DNA of 63,776 bases, the filler included, from Octopus bimaculoides (Eukaryota): NCBI RefSeq assembly GCF_001194135.2. It is 8 parts of 8 records of this genome, joined end to end, with 100 filler letters (N's around TTAATTAATTAA, not from the genome) between each part and the next. Parts side by side here need not be neighbours in the genome. Positions count along the whole stretch, not along the records: positions 62,549 to 63,776 come from NW_026309388.1; 7 more parts are not named here. One strand, given 5' to 3'. Below the pieces are notes generated by a model that saw only the letters and a list, made by a program, of their open reading frames with translations, did no database searches and was not told where the DNA came from. The stretch's first letter is position 1. Each line of letters starts with the position of its first letter. Position numbers and translations under genes: made by a program. This document shows positions 63,716-63,776 of the stretch, piece after piece.

Positions 63716-63776
63716 AAAATGATGATGATATATATATAATAATATAAATAATATATAAATATATGCATATATCCAT

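Overview
Eukaryotic, AT-rich, microsatellite-saturated draft scaffold with many N gaps. The repeat content and style suggest a coleoid cephalopod, probably Octopus; this is inference. The one confidently identified gene is EI24 (autophagy/ER membrane protein) on the minus strand: five internal coding exons at 19806-19746, 18109-18043, 17351-17227, 16759-16643 and 13113-13002 splice in frame. Its first and penultimate coding exons are not visible and probably lie in gaps. The rest is mostly repeats: at least six tRNA-derived/LINE-tailed SINE families (my labels A-F); decayed mariner, DD37E Tc1-like, Tigger/pogo and Chapaev3-like transposases; RTE, R4/Dong-like, Tx1/L1 and Penelope-like retroelement fragments; HINE/Helitron-like elements; and a piggyBac-type MITE. 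Best leads: a pre-miRNA-like hairpin next to the putative EI24 promoter; an unidentified minus-strand exon chain with a 16-nt microexon; a hammerhead-core fold-back; a Penelope fragment with TGA at a conserved Cys; inverted SINEs flanking an in-frame EI24 exon block; and a CpG-depletion boundary at the EI24 5' end. No CRISPR, rRNA or true tRNA genes are supported. Repeat boundaries are approximate, read by eye.
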